A stretch of 63,525 nt of DNA, filler included, from Intoshia linei (Eukaryota; Animalia; Orthonectida): assembly GCA_001642005.1 (NCBI GenBank). It is 6 parts of 6 records of this genome, joined end to end, with 100 filler letters (N's around TTAATTAATTAA, not from the genome) between each part and the next. Parts side by side here need not be neighbours in the genome. Positions count along the whole stretch, not along the records: positions 1 to 22,617 come from LWCA01000588.1; positions 22,718 to 38,412 come from LWCA01000903.1; 4 more parts are not named here. One strand, written 5' to 3'. A model generated the notes under the pieces. The model made no database searches, was not told the DNA's origin, and saw only the letters and a list, made by a program, of their open reading frames with translations. Position 1 is the first letter of the stretch. Every line of letters begins with the position of its first letter. The position numbers and the translations under genes are program-made. This document shows, piece after piece, positions 14,327 to 27,984 of this stretch.

Positions 14327-14896
14327 TTATTGATTGTGAGTCGTATCATTTGTTTTATTTTCAGATTCTTTAATGTATATTTTATCCAATTCCTCTTTAG
14401 GCTTTGCCAACAAATTGTAGATTTTGTTTAAATTTGAGAAAATGTTTTTGTAATCAGTAACTATATTATTTAGATGGAAAGAAGTGTATACACTTTCGTG
14501 TTTCATTTTTGCCAATCTGTATTTAATTATTTGAGCAATATTAATTCCATTGTACTTGTGATGCCAATAATAATCGTACATTTCAAAAAAAAATTTAATT
14601 AGGGTATCAGTCCAATACTTGAATCTCAAATCCCATAAAAACTTTTCGTTTGTATTAATAATGTATCCGTAAATGAAAAAGGCGGAATCGTATACAAAAG
14701 TGTATATTTTTAAAACATTATCAACATGTGAACTATACGGTATACTCAAAGCATACAAATACAGGTCGTACATTAGTTTCCCGTGCCATATGAATGTTTT
14801 TAAATTTGCTGTTGGTTTCGCCACGTATATATTTGAAGGTGCTTGAAAGGTAACACCTAATATTGCAAAGCAAGTTAATAAATTGAGAAATTGCAT
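14327..14896 (-). CDS. Intronless secreted protein of unknown function, 189 aa
   Basis: Open frame from the ATG at 14896 (MQFLNLLTCFAILGVTFQA-, signal-peptide-like), Tyr/Phe/Lys-rich, no family recognised. An ORF this long is unlikely by chance at this AT content. Confidence 0.65.
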   Translation of the reverse strand: MQFLNLLTCFAILGVTFQAPSNIYVAKPTANLKTFIWHGKLMYDLYLYALSIPYSSHVDNVLKIYTFVYDSAFFIYGYIINTNEKFLWDLRFKYWTDTLIKFFFEMYDYYWHHKYNGINIAQIIKYRLAKMKHESVYTSFHLNNIVTDYKNIFSNLNKIYNLLAKPKEELDKIYIKESENKTNDTTHNQ

Positions 14897-16679
14897 GTCG
14901 CTTTTTTTACGTAATTTTAGTCGATTTGTAAGAGTCACGTATTTTGGAATTTTAAAATTATGAAATTTGTGTTTTTCCTTGTTTGCTTTATATGTTGTTG
15001 TGGTTATTTTGGTTTACCTTTTATTCATTAACATTTTTTTACATGTTAATTGATATATTGTATACTTTTGTAAGTTTAAGTTTCTAAGTTTAATTTTAAT
15101 TTTGATGAGATAAGGTCACATGATGTGATTCAAATCGCATACAATATTAGTTATCTCGTCACTTGTTTGTCAATCCTTTACATTTCATATTTTTGGAAAA
15201 GTTTATTGAATTCACGGTGCAAAAAATTTCTTATATTCAATACATAATCAATATAATTGTCTGTAAAAAAAATCGTTTCTTCTTAATCATCATGATGAAA
15301 TAAGTAATTAAATTTCACGTGTTTTCAATATGAATCAAAGTTTAATTTTGATTAGTAAAAATTACTAATTTACTTTTTTTTACAGTTTTTGTATGAGGTT
15401 ATAAAAATGATCTGCGACACTTCAAAACGAATTATGGAAATTTTTTTTCGCATAGTGATTTCTATACCAAATTTAACCTAAACTTTTACATAGTTTGATT
15501 TAGTGAAACACCCTAGTATATATAATAAAAATTAATTATGATTATTATATATATGGCTACCATGCCTGTATTTGGTCAAATTATCGAAATTATGCCAAAT
15601 CCCAATTTTCGACCCAGAGAGAATTATGTATAATTTTTCATACACCTTTTAGTTATTTTTACGATTAGTACAATTAGCAGGGTTTTGAGGATAATTGTTA
15701 GATAGTTAGACCAATATGTGGGGATTTTTTACTTCATTTTCAAAAAAAATTTATTCAATCAAAGGTTAATATTATTGATAATAAACCTCCTTGAAATATA
15801 TCGTTAATTTAATTGTTAGTTTATGGAAACAAAAATACAAAAATGTATTTATACATGTATTGATAATTTTATTAAATTCTACAATGATTTCTAGCTTTTT
15901 AAATGTTATATAATAACGTGTTTATTATGGTGATATATTCTAAAAATAATAATTATGGAAATGATATATAATTATAATATGGATTGGAAATGATTGATTG
16001 CAATTACCATTAATCATTGTACAATGTATATTATTCATTGAATATGCACCTGAAGTGGAAGACACTGATTATAAAATGAGTGATGAAGATGAATTAAAGT
16101 GTTTATATAAAGATGATGATTCTCATGCCAATTTATTTGTACGAAATGGCGGTGCATTGCTCGGACGATAAGGGATAACGGTTTGACCAAACATTGGGAA
16201 TATATGAACGATTTCACAAAACAAATTTAAAAAACATGGTGGTGTAAAATCATGAATCAAAAATACTTGTAAATCGAATAAACTTACATTGTTGATATTT
16301 TTATTTTGTCATTTGTTTTTAATTCATTAATTACGCTTGATGTAGACGTAAACCATTTCGGTTAAATAAATTGTATCAGTATTTTTAAATTTTTTTTCAT
16401 ACAAGATAAGATTCGCTAAGAAAGATTTTGATTTCAACAAATTTATTTTATTTCAAATGTGTACTGCAGGTAACTGTTTTAAAAATTTTTTTAGATAAGA
16501 TTTAAATCATATATTTAACAATATGACACTGATAGCTAAATAAACAAAGCTAATATATACATTTATTCATTATATTACCATATGTTTGCTACCCCGTATC
16601 TCGAGTATCTGACGTAAACCAATAAAAAAATAATATACATATTGATGCCAAGAAAAAACTACATATATGTATAATAGGG

Positions 16680-16963
16680 CAGGGCGGATTCAAGGGGGTA
16701 CAGAAGGTGCAGTTGCACCTCTAGATTTTGAATTAATGTTTTGTAAAATAACTGAAAAAGGTTTTAATTCATTGGGAAAAAATACAAATTTGGAAACTAT
16801 TGTATAACAATGTTTAAATGAAAAAAAGAGACGCTTTAAAATCAAACTACACACCTTGATATTAAAAGAGACGCCATAAAATTTTTTTTTTGCCTCCGGC
16901 AAAGTTAAATATATTGCTCGCTTCGCTCGCACCCCATTAACTGGCCTCTTGGATCCGCCCCTG
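16680..16963. mobile_element. MITE with CAGGG(G)CGGAT ends, nested in the left terminus of the hATm-like element
   Basis: CAGGGCGGATTCAAG ... CTTGGATCCGCCCCTG inverted ends, flanked on both sides by TAGGG. Confidence 0.75.
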
Positions 16964-18820
16964 TAGGGTGTCCACTTTTGACACTTTTTGTTGAATTAGA
17001 AAAAGTATATTTTACTGAACATTGGAAATGTAATTTAGAACATAAATATCCAAGAGAGTTTTAAGAGAAATACAAAAGGATAATCCTTTATCTATATTAC
17101 TTGACACACATACAACAAAACGCTCAGCATATTTATTTAAGTTTTGATATATTGGGGTTCTTTTTCCGTCAAAATATAGACATAAATCACCTTTAAATAA
17201 TGTTATATATTTTTAATTTTGGGCTTAATCATATTTAATTCTTTAATTTGTGTCTTGAAAATGCCACTTTTAGATGGTACATCTATTTCAGTTCCAATTA
17301 AAATTATTTTCTTGGCTTTACGAACGGAAACATTTGTAGATAATGAGGCTTTAGCTAACTTCTCACATTTTATTGATTTATTTGTGGAAACTTTATCGAG
17401 AGGATAATAATTTTCATCGGAAGAATTGTCAGAATATGGTTTTACTTTTGATTCAAAACGGAAATCAAAATTTTTTTTGTAATGGTTGTTGAGTTTGTAA
17501 ATTTGATATGCAAAAACTACTAGAACACGCTCCACTTTCTCCACTGAGAATCATTTTACATTTTAAGAAAATTTTTATCTTTTTTGTCATTTTTTATCTC
17601 TTATCATTAATATGTTATCCCAATTTTGTTTAAATTTTTGATGGTAGTTCGGATTTTTTAAATAGAACGCATATTTGTTCATTAAATCTCTAATTTTGAA
17701 TTTTACTAATCCTAATGAAATCGGTCCCAGAGTGCACTTTGTCTATAAAGAATATAGTTCTATTGCAGTTTTATCACAGTAATAAGATTTTCGTTGAGTT
17801 ATTTTCCATTTCTAAAAAATGATATCTACCCATTACTTTTTTTATAGTAGGCAATCTCGATAATTACTAAGCGGTTTACTAACCACTACTCCATAAGGAC
17901 GCGTTCACCTCATGCTTTTTTTGAATAATTCATTTTTAGATCTCGACATTTTAATTTTATATCATTAATTTATGAATTATAAGATTGATAAATAAATAAA
18001 ATAGTGTCACTAGGACATACTTGCAATAATACTAGTGTATGTAGGCATACTAGCTATGCTAGACTACTTTCCATTCATGTGGAAAATTTTTTATGTGTTT
18101 TAACAAAATTATTTAATTGTTCAAGCCAAGAATTTAAGCTGTGGATCAATCATGAAACTTGATATGAAAGATTAAATAGTCGAGAGGATATTATTTTATG
18201 AGTCTATGGTTTTGTTGATTTAAAGATTTATTTCATTATTAGATCACATTATTCACAGTACAATTAAAATTATTATTAAAATTACGCTATTGAGTGAACA
18301 GAATTTTCAATTACAAAAATTGATTATTAAAATGAGAGTTAGTTAACAACAGAATTTTCAAGGAGAACAACAATGGACCAAATAAGGTGACGACACTTGT
18401 AACGATTGGAAGAGAAGAACTCAGATAAGTTCATCTTATTTAAAAATATGTCAAAATCGGGATCCGAACTCTAGCCACGCAGCACACAATTATATGACTA
18501 TAACCACTCTGCCAATTAGACATCAAAATTATATATTAGAATTTCGATTAGTACGATAGTTATATATCACTACAATACTAATAAAAAGTAATACATTATT
18601 AACATTATAGCACATTAAGATTTAGATTAATAAATTATTATTATTAATAATAAATAGTATAATAAAGTATAGTTCACATTTTTAAAAATAAAAATGTTTT
18701 TAATTTCAGGTGGGATTAATTTCAATTAAATAAATTAATTTTCACATATTCGTGATCAGTGCATAAAAACACACCTATATGCAAATATACTTTTCGATCT
18801 TTAAAAAAGTGGACACCCTA
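16964..18820 (-). mobile_element. Non-autonomous hATm-like DNA transposon, copy 1, with transposase remnant (17203-17544)
   Basis: TIRs TAGGGTGTCCACTTTT / AAAAGTGGACACCCTA; more than 1 kb is nearly identical to 56008-57468. The internal minus-strand ORF (...LSTNVSVRKAKKI...IDVPSKSGIFK...) resembles a hATm transposase N-terminus (from memory). Confidence 0.8.
18449..18521 (-). other. tRNA-like / SINE-head sequence inside the hATm-like element (second copy at about 57072-57144)
   Basis: The minus strand reads GTCTAAT-TGGCAGAGTGG (A box) ... GTTCGGATCCC (B-box-like) ... ATTTTGACA, with partial acceptor-stem pairing. The anticodon arm is degenerate, so this is not a functional tRNA. Confidence 0.5.
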
Positions 18821-20499
18821 ATATTCATATATAAAAATAGTTCCATACATTTTCACCTTTTTAAGTGAAATTTTAGATGAAAGCGTACCAGGATAATTGC
18901 CCAGTTTAAATTTTTTTTATTTTGTCAATAACTTTGCTTGAAAAAATAGTATTCTTCTGGATGATACTTTGGTGTAGTCCAAATGCGTGGTATTTCAAAC
19001 AGGTTTTTCTTTTCTTAATGTCGTACAGCCACATAAATTTAGGCGTCCAAATGTGATCTGTTACATTAATTGAAAAATCACATTTGTAGAAGAATTTAAA
19101 AATTTTCATTTATTGCATATGATTTTTTTGATTTAATTAAATAAATGCCAAACCATGCAGTAGTTTGACAAATATTTTAAACATTCTATTTACAATTAAC
19201 AATAATGATAAAAAATAAAAATTAATTTTTTTTAGTTAAAATTATACAAAATTGTTTAATATTATTTTTAGAATAGTTATTTTATGCCAATTTTAATTAA
19301 AGTTTTTTTAAAGTGTAGATAAAAGGCGATTTTAGCGAAAAATGTCTTATTTTAAAATTACATATTATGTATATCGAATAATGTTGAAATAATGATTTTT
19401 GAATTTTAAAATTAATTACTATGACAAATATTATTTTTTAAAATGAAAAAAATCAATTTAAATTTTTGTCTTATTCTGACGTAATTCACAAACATGTTTG
19501 ATATCATTAGAATTGCAAAGAAAAACTACATCAGACTAAATATATTTTAAGAAGAAAGATTTTTGAGTGTTGGCTAGTGTTATAAAATACACTATATATA
19601 GATATGTACTGACTTTTAATCTATGAAAATAAACCTATATTCGTTTAAATTTATTATTTATTTTTAAAATAAAATTTTCGTACTTCGCCTGATCAAATTA
19701 ATATTAAATTATAAATTAAAAGCGACATCTTACATTGTATACAAAATGGGACATACAGTCAAAAATACTTTTTAAATTTCAAACAAAAATGTTAAATTGG
19801 GGATACTCTATTGTTCATTATACAAATCAATGACATTTCAAATTTGTGAATTTTAAGCTTTAAATTTTAGTGCTTTTTAACATTTCAAAATTGAAATTTT
19901 TTGCTTTCAATTTTGAAAATATCCATAGTCTTGTAAGGTAGGCTGACCATATTTTTGTCATACTAAAAGTAGCACTTTTATTGCTTAGAAACAAAATATA
20001 TTTTTAATTAATTTTTCAATAGAAAAATGAACATTTAAGTTAAATTTCAATTTATAAGTTTATTTAGTTTTGAAAAGTACGTCAAAAGTACGACTTTTGG
20101 CACTGTTCCAAAGTCGTACTTATGGTCGCACTGCGTAAGGGTTAAAATAGTGTAATAAAGTATAGTTCATATTTTTTAAAATAAAAATATCATAAGTGTT
20201 TTTAATTCCAGGCGGGATTAATTTCAATTAAATGAATTAATTTTTACATATTCGTGATCAGTGAATAAAGATTCTGTTATTTTAACCATCAATTATAATA
20301 ATAAATAAATCATTATTTATTATCTGACACCTCTATTCGATACAAATTATACATCATTATGAGCTTTTAAAAGTGTGGTCATGTAAATTTGTATTTATTT
20401 AACATGCCCGTAGTTTAAGATTGAACATTAACATTTTATTTATATTTGTTTAAAAGAAAACTTAATTTATTTAAATTATTAATTTTTCAACAAAGTGAA

Positions 20500-22617
20500 A
20501 TGAAAACAATATTAATTTTTTGTATATTTCTGTTCCATGTTATAAAAAGTATATATGCTTTAATTTATTTAACATTTAACAGATTGTAAGCTAGGAACGT
20601 ACCTGGAAAAATACGTGTTTTCGTCTAAATGTTTAAGTAAGAACACAATTGTACAAAATGCTGTCACATAATTTTATTTAATTTTAAATTTTAGATTGTC
20701 ATCGCTCATGTCGATCATGTCATGGTGGTAATTCAGGTAATTGTGAGTCCTGTAAAGATGGTAAATACTTACAATTCCATCGTTGCAGAGGTAATCACCT
20801 AAACGCTATTAATTAATAGTGTCATGTATTTTGATAGTTATACAGTTTTTTGAATAAATGGTTACAGACAGACATACTTTTTTAGCTACATAAATTTATA
20901 TGTAAAATTATAATATTTTCAAACTATTGGCTCTAAAATATAAAAGACCCATATTTTATATTAATAATTAATATATTAATACAATAAGATATATAGTCGT
21001 TTCTAATCTATATGTCTATTTTTGAAGCCATAAGTGTACGTTTGCAGTCGATAGTATTAACTTATATTTATGAAAATACAATTTTAAATATACATGAAAA
21101 TATCAACGCACAAAGTTCACTTTACTCTTAATTTAGATTGTCATGTAACATGTACCAAGTGCACTGGTGAATCAATGACTCAGTGTCTGGCTTGCAAAAA
21201 AGGGTTTATTGGTGATGGTCACATCTGTAAAAGTAAATTCATACAGCCCATTTCATAAAATAACCAATTTACTATAATTAGTGAATGCATAATTATTAAA
21301 AATATACATTGGTGACCATGATGTGATAATATCCGTTACTTGTATAAAATTGAATGTCTGTGTATTTATTTTAAGCTTCCGAATTTGAATCCTTAAAGGT
21401 CAAAAACCCAATTTGCAATTTTGTATAAAAATAAAATCAACCCACAAATTTAATAATTCATCAATTCTAAGACGCGTTTTGAAATCATTAATATTGTCGT
21501 AAATCTCAGCCTCAGAAACGCACACCTTCATGGTCAACACTAAAAATTACCCTTATGTTTAAAAATAAATGAATGTCCTAAAATTTTATAATAATAAAAT
21601 TCTGGGATAGTTTTTAAAATAAAAAGAATTATCATAATTTGCAACTTCAAAAAAGTGCATTTTCATGACAATACCCCAGATTGTCATTTTTTTAAAAAAT
21701 TAAAATAGTCTTAGAATTTCAAAAAAATTACAACTGATACATATGCTATATTCAGTTGACATACACACAAAAAAATTCAACCTGAATAACTGAGGCCTAC
21801 TCGGTCAAAAAAGTATAATTTTAAAATTCTAAGACTCGTTTGATTTTTAAAAAAACGATAGTTGGGGTTTTTGACATTCATGGAGCCAATTTCTAAAATA
21901 AAAATTGCCATATAATTTAACCGACAAAAAATTGTATTAGCAATTCGTATTTTTAAAATTGTACGACTCTTACGTTGTTAGATAAATAGTAACAGACAGA
22001 CATACATTTTTAGCTAAATAATTAGATATACATGGTTTTAGCTTGAAATTCACGATTCTTAAAATCAAATCCGCGATAGTTAAAATAATTTAATATAATA
22101 TAATTAAGATTTTTTTTATATCATTTTGCAGCAAATTAAATGGAGATTATTATCTATATATGTCTTTTTTAAATTTCAAAAAAAAGTCCAAATTGGAATA
22201 GCCCTATTGTACATCAGATGTTTTTTAATAATTTGTGGGATTCTTAGTTTTGGATGTGGATCGAACAGACACACATTATATATATTTTATATACACATTT
22301 TATATATTACATACGTATATAGCCTGCAAATTGGATGAATTTCAAGTAAACATAGAAATGAAATCTTACTGTTCTAGTATAAACTTTATTTTCGATATGA
22401 CTATTGATTAAATTAACTTAGAATGCGATGAATCATGTGAGACTTGCAACGGAGGTCAATTAAACAACTGTCTTTCGTGTCCTTATGACAGATACAAAAC
22501 AACATTTAACGAATGTAAAAGTACAATTTATTCTATTTTTCATTTACATTAATGTACATTACGTTGTACATGTTAATATAATATTATAAAAAAAATAATT
22601 ATAGAATGCGGTAAAAA
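20500..22617 (+). CDS. Secreted protein with furin-like (FU) cysteine-rich repeats; runs into an assembly gap
   Basis: Signal exon MKTILIFCIFLFHVIK (20500-20548), then phase-1 exons at 20583, 20695, 21138, 22422 and 22604: CKLGTYL...KCL, CHRSCRSCHGGNSGNCESCKDGKYLQFHRCR, CHVTCTKCTGESMTQCLACKKGFIGDGHICK, CDESCETCNGGQLNNCLSCPYDRY...ECK. These follow the CxxxCxxCxGxxxxxCxxC FU pattern. Confidence 0.85.
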
Positions 22618-22717
22618 NNNNNNNNNNNNNNNNNNNNNNNNNNNNNNNNNNNNNNNNNNNNTTAATTAATTAANNNNNNNNNNNNNNNNNNNNNNNNNNN
22701 NNNNNNNNNNNNNNNNN
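22618..22717. other. Artificial contig spacer N...TTAATTAATTAA...N (also 38413-38512, 48626-48726, 53132-53231, 58563-58662)
   Basis: Five roughly 100-nt N blocks each contain the same 12-mer, which has stops in all six frames. This is an assembly linker, not biology. Confidence 0.97.
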
Positions 22718-23362
22718 TTTAATTTTAAATTTTAAAAACTTTTTTTTCATTTACAAAAATTTTAAATTAGTTTAAAAAGGCCACCAGTTGACCACTTTTG
22801 TTAAAATCCACTCCCATCAAATCTTACAGGACCTTTTAAAAAAAGTAAATACAAATAATACAAAAGGATACATTTAAACAACTAAATTAGTACTTATTTT
22901 CAAGAAATAAATGTATATCTACGTTTATATTAGAACCACCAACAAAAGGACATTATATGATTAAATAAATATATAAAACTCGAAAGAAAATTTCATTAAC
23001 TGATAATATAAATACAATGTTACTGTTTGTTTTAATCTTACATTCAAGCGTAAATTGTAATACAGATAAATCAATATTTTGTGAAAGTTTGCTCAACGCA
23101 AGTATTGTTATTTAATCTGTTCATTCAACTGATAAATTAAGATGTAGGCCTGCAAATTGATACTTGAATAAATTAGACATAATTATGCACATGAAAATTA
23201 GGTTACAGCAGAAACAATTGAATAGTCTTGAAATGAAATTCAATTGGCATTTAGTTTAATTATATTAGATATATGGAACAAAATTAATATTTAACCGTAA
23301 ATGGATTACTTTTTATGTCCTATCCAAAAATTTTTCAAAATTTATCAATTTTATAAATTTAC

Positions 23363-26300
23363 ATGAAGCTTTTGATCATTTTCTCTATAATTCTCATAAT
23401 TTTTTGTAAAAAAAGGACCTCTGCTATAAGTTCAAAATTTGAAGGTAACATACAAGCGAATAATATAAATCACACAAACACGTAATTTAGGAACCAAAGT
23501 AAACCATTGTTTCAAATTGAGTAATATACCGTTCATTTGTCCATATAAACAAGTTGTTTTCATTTCAGACGTATTACTGGGTACTGCAGACGACGTGCAT
23601 TGCAATACCTTCAGTTCTGTCTGCGATGTTAATATTTGGCCAAAATTTATAGGTAATGCTGAAATTTATTAAACCTAATTTACTTTCTAGATGAATGTCA
23701 CGGTAAGCGTTCTTGTCAATTATTGATTGATCACAACGATTATACACACAATTGCCCTGAAGAAACTAACATGATTAGCATTGTTCATAGTTGCATTTTA
23801 GGTTATTTTAATGTTGTTTATAAATTATACAAAATAATACATACATATCCATTTATTTACATTTACATTGTTAATAAATTTAATTTTATCATTAATCCGA
23901 TTATAAATAATATCAGCGATCGACAATATTTTCATTGCAGCGTATTATGAATCCATATAAATGTTAAGTACAATACCAGAAAATTCTTTTTAATTTAGTT
24001 TCTACAAAATGTCAAAATAACACCCTAAAGGGTTTTAAGAATTTAATAATATTTTTTGAAATATAAATACATTTATTAACTTTTAAAAATACTGCATAAG
24101 CTATACGAACCAGCGTCAATTGTTATACTCAACTATTTCGTATGTATCATTATAAAATTTTAAAGAAAGTTTAAAGAAATTTAATTAATACGTTTATATT
24201 TAGAATTTGATATATTTGAAAAATCGATATGTGACACTGTATCAACTTTGCGAAATTATGCATTTATAAACGTATACTCTAGCGCTCAATCAAATAAAAA
24301 CCAATTAATGAACGTTTCTCAACATATAAAGGGTAAAAGTTGCGCATGCACCGTTTTATCGAATATCAAAGGCACTTATATACATTACAGGATTAGGAAA
24401 ATACCAAATGAAAATGAATATAAAAAAAATAATTTGACGAAATTCAAAGATGTCATAATGGCTACACCTTTTGGAACCGATTCTATTCATAATTGTGGAG
24501 AAAATTGGGTACATCGAGGGAATTTAAACATTATTAATGCATCTTTACCTTGGCAATACCATTACAGAACTTGCAAGCTCAATACTATTAAAGATAGTGA
24601 CATGAATATAAAACAAAATTTTAATTTTTTCAATGAAAATTCCCAATTAAATAACCCCAATTTGTATATCGAAATTTTTGGTAATTTATATTAGCATATA
24701 GTTCATACCAGAGTGTGTTTAATCAGAGTTTCTTTAAGAATTGTGCTTGGGCGGTCGCATAGTTTTTTTTAAAAAATAAAAGTAAATATAAAATAAAAAT
24801 ACAGGCTAATTCATCGTTAACGGAATAATTAATCCAGAAAAAATCTCATTCCGTTAACGAGGAATAAATTTTATAAATAATGTATACATTAAAACAATGG
24901 TTCCGGATTGAGGTCCAAAATTATATGCCTGGGGGTTCGTGAGATTCAAATAAAGTGTAGAAAAATTTTGATCAACTTTTGTTTATTTTTATAGGATAAT
25001 TTTTAATATTTATTACAGAGTTTCTAGATGATGATTATCGCAAAGGTTAGACGACCGCTACATTATTATTTCAAAAACCCACTTTTATCCTACCATTAAT
25101 AAAAAATACCGTTTCAAGACCAAGGGAAAAATTGACTTTTACCGATTTTTTATTGAAAAATTCTATTTTACGAAACTTAATAAAAAATCCAAATTTACTA
25201 AACCTTATGGGAAAATAGTTATTTTCCAATATTTTTTTAAAAAATATGATTTTACCAATTCTTATTCCAACCACAAAATAAAACTCCAATATTACCAACG
25301 TTTAAGAAAATATCCTCTTTTTCCAATATTATTTTGAAAAATTTAATTTTACTAAATCTTATGAGCAACAACTTGCTAAACGCAAAATAAAAAATGAAAT
25401 TTTTTCCAACCCTCAATAAAAAAATGCTCTTTTTTCATTTTTTTTTGAAAAACACGATTTTACTAAATCCTATAATAAAAAACTTTTAATTTTTTTATTA
25501 ATGTTTTATATTTCATGTTTTCCCTGGGGTCTGAAAACATGTATATTTTCAAATGGGCGTCGTACACTATTTGAACCGGGATCCACTTAATTCAAATTTC
25601 ATATAATTAATAATCAACCATTATTATCATTATTAATATAGAAAAAAATAAAATCTTTACGTATCTAAAGCATTTAATTTGAACCGAACAAGCTTTAGTA
25701 TAATTATGATTTTAATCAATTTAAGTTAAAATTTAACGGCATTTTTTTCAGTTAAATAGGAATTAGTCTGTAGTAAATAAAAAATGTGTTATTCTTAAAA
25801 TTTAAAATACATGTATGAAAGGCTAGAAATTTTTAATTATACTTTTAAATCAAATTACATTATTCGCCAAAACGGGAATTAAAATTTTTTTTGAAAATAT
25901 TTTTGGCGAGTATTGGAGACTGACCCATAACGGGAAGATGAATAGTAATGGATCAACAACCCTTTTTATTGAAATATCTTAATAATATAGGAAATTGAGA
26001 AAATCCTATTACTTGTTCATTTTTACTTGACCCTGAAAGTCTTAATTTTTGATAATCAACTTTTCGATACTGCATCACTATCTCAAACCATTATTACAAT
26101 GTGGGGGTTTTTTTAAATTCTAGAATTCATCATTTTTTAACACACACAAACATTAAATTTCTGGGGAAAACATTATTAATTTTCATAAAAAATATTTATT
26201 ATTTGACCGATACTTTTTTTTATGTCATGTATTTATATTTTAGGAATCTCAAGAGGAAGAATGCAACCATTGCATATAGACTGCCACAGTAATTATATAA

Positions 26301-27984
26301 AAGGTAAATTTATATTTAATGCAATGGTGCCTGATTTAATATTCCTTAACTATGTAACGGGTTTCGTGAAATAAAATACATTTTGTTTTATTTTAATTTA
26401 ATTTTAATGATAAGTTGATTGATTTAAGTGACAAATTATCAAGTTATGAGAACATTATAGAAATAAAGAGACTATATAATTTACATTTGTATTGGTTTTC
26501 TAATAGATTGTGTTTATGATTTTTTCAAAGTTTATTCCGGTCAGGTCTACTACAAGGCAAGGTAACATACTTACTTTTTCATTGTTAGATGAGTTTCAAT
26601 TAGGACTCGGAAAGTTTGTTTTGTAGCGTTTTTAAATACTCTTACTTTTCTGAAAATGTTCCTTTAATAATTGAAATTTTTTTGTAAATTTTAAATTACC
26701 CCATAGAAGGGTTTTAATTGAGATTATTATTCATTATTAAATACTGAGAATTAAACATTTTGAAAAATTTTGTTTTAATATTAATGCCCGTAAATTATTC
26801 CTCCCTTTATTATTATTTTCTTGCCAGTCTGATACCGCATACCCAGCTTAATTAATATTAATAACAAAACAATTGAAATTTTTTAATATTGTATATAGAA
26901 AATAAAATAACGACAATACAAATGTGCAAATTAACAGATTACATAATGTCTGATAGAGGTTATTTGATGTTCGATACATCGATGCAAGAGGGTAGTACCA
27001 ATTTAACCCATGGTTCAGAATGCAGATGCAACATTGAAGCAGACGGTGCCGATAAAATTTACATCAAAGCTATAAAGTCATGCATACTAAGACCAAAAAA
27101 TATAAAATTTGCAAGAAAATCGGAAAACATAACTATTGAGAAATCATCACATGAATTAAATCAATCAACTTGGTACCAACACTTAGAATTGACATATAGA
27201 AACAAGTCGAAAAAAGGTATAGATATTAATTTGTGCAATATCGGTTCATCTTTGATCGTCAAATATAATTCTGTCAACATTACATTCACGTACAATGAGA
27301 ACAAGGAAGATAAAATTTTGTACAAATATTCAGGTATAAATGTAGAAATAAAATATATATAAAATAAAATGTATAACGTATGTATTATAGCTGAAAATGA
27401 AAAAAAGGAAGATATTCCAGTCAACATTGCATGTTATGTTGACTACGCGGAAAAAAAAAATACAAATTTTTCGAGCAAAGGTGATTATCCCGCCAGAAAA
27501 AATTTTTTATCAGTTTTCAAATCAAGTCGTTATTATGGAATGGGTAAAAACACTGTATTTGTTTATACGTAAAATTTAGCGATAACTATTTTGACTATAA
27601 TCGTCATTACGTTTGTCATATCCATCTTTGCTTTTCTTATATGGATATTTTATAAACATGTTCAAAAGTAAGTCTATCAAATTTCAATGTATTAATGTTA
27701 TTTTTAGGAAAAAAAGAAATCATGTCACAGGTTGTCATAATATAGATAGATACTGTACATGCAACAATATAAACACTTTGGGCAAACACAGTATAAGCAG
27801 TAACATTTCAGAGTATCGTCACATTTTTGACACAAAACCAGTCGACGAAATGAATCCTTCAACGCAGCTAATGGAAGATTACGTTTTATCCATCTTTAAT
27901 GAATCCAAAAATACTAAAATTAACCCACTTAATACTTTACTTAACAAAACCCCCAAACTGGATAATGATGCCAGTTTGTATTAA
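23363..27984 (+). CDS. Type-I membrane protein: signal peptide, SUEL/rhamnose-binding-lectin-like domain, two CUB-like regions, TM helix, cytoplasmic tail (9 exons)
   Basis: Exons 23363-23444 (MKLLIIFSIILIIFC...), 23491-23652 and 23691-23801 (C...FICPYKQVVFISDVLLG...C...C...ECHGKRSCQL...CPEETNMISIVHSC, SUEL-type Cys pattern), 24204-24680, 26244-26303, 26899-27333, 27391-27543, 27580-27667 (TM ITILTIIVITFVISIFAFLIWIFY) and 27708-27984. All phases are compatible. The CUB-like assignment is weak. Confidence 0.8.

Noticed and set aside
16040-16171. Protein-like + strand stretch EYAPEVEDTDYKMSDEDELKCLYKDDDSHANLFVRNGGALLGR*
   Set aside because: No upstream in-frame start or convincing acceptor was found, and it is too short to support a gene call.
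20583-20585. tag|ATT|gtaag in the FU-repeat gene
   Set aside because: Better explained as the start of a 54-nt Cys-containing exon. It shows that isolated AG-NNN-GT matches arise by chance; only the dense clusters are meaningful.
22618-22717. TTAATTAATTAA palindrome recurring five times inside N runs
   Set aside because: Six-frame-stop assembly linker, not a biological repeat.
20500-27984. A single gene joining the FU repeats to the lectin/TM exons
   Set aside because: The downstream part has its own ATG and signal-peptide exon at 23363, and a spacer separates the two.
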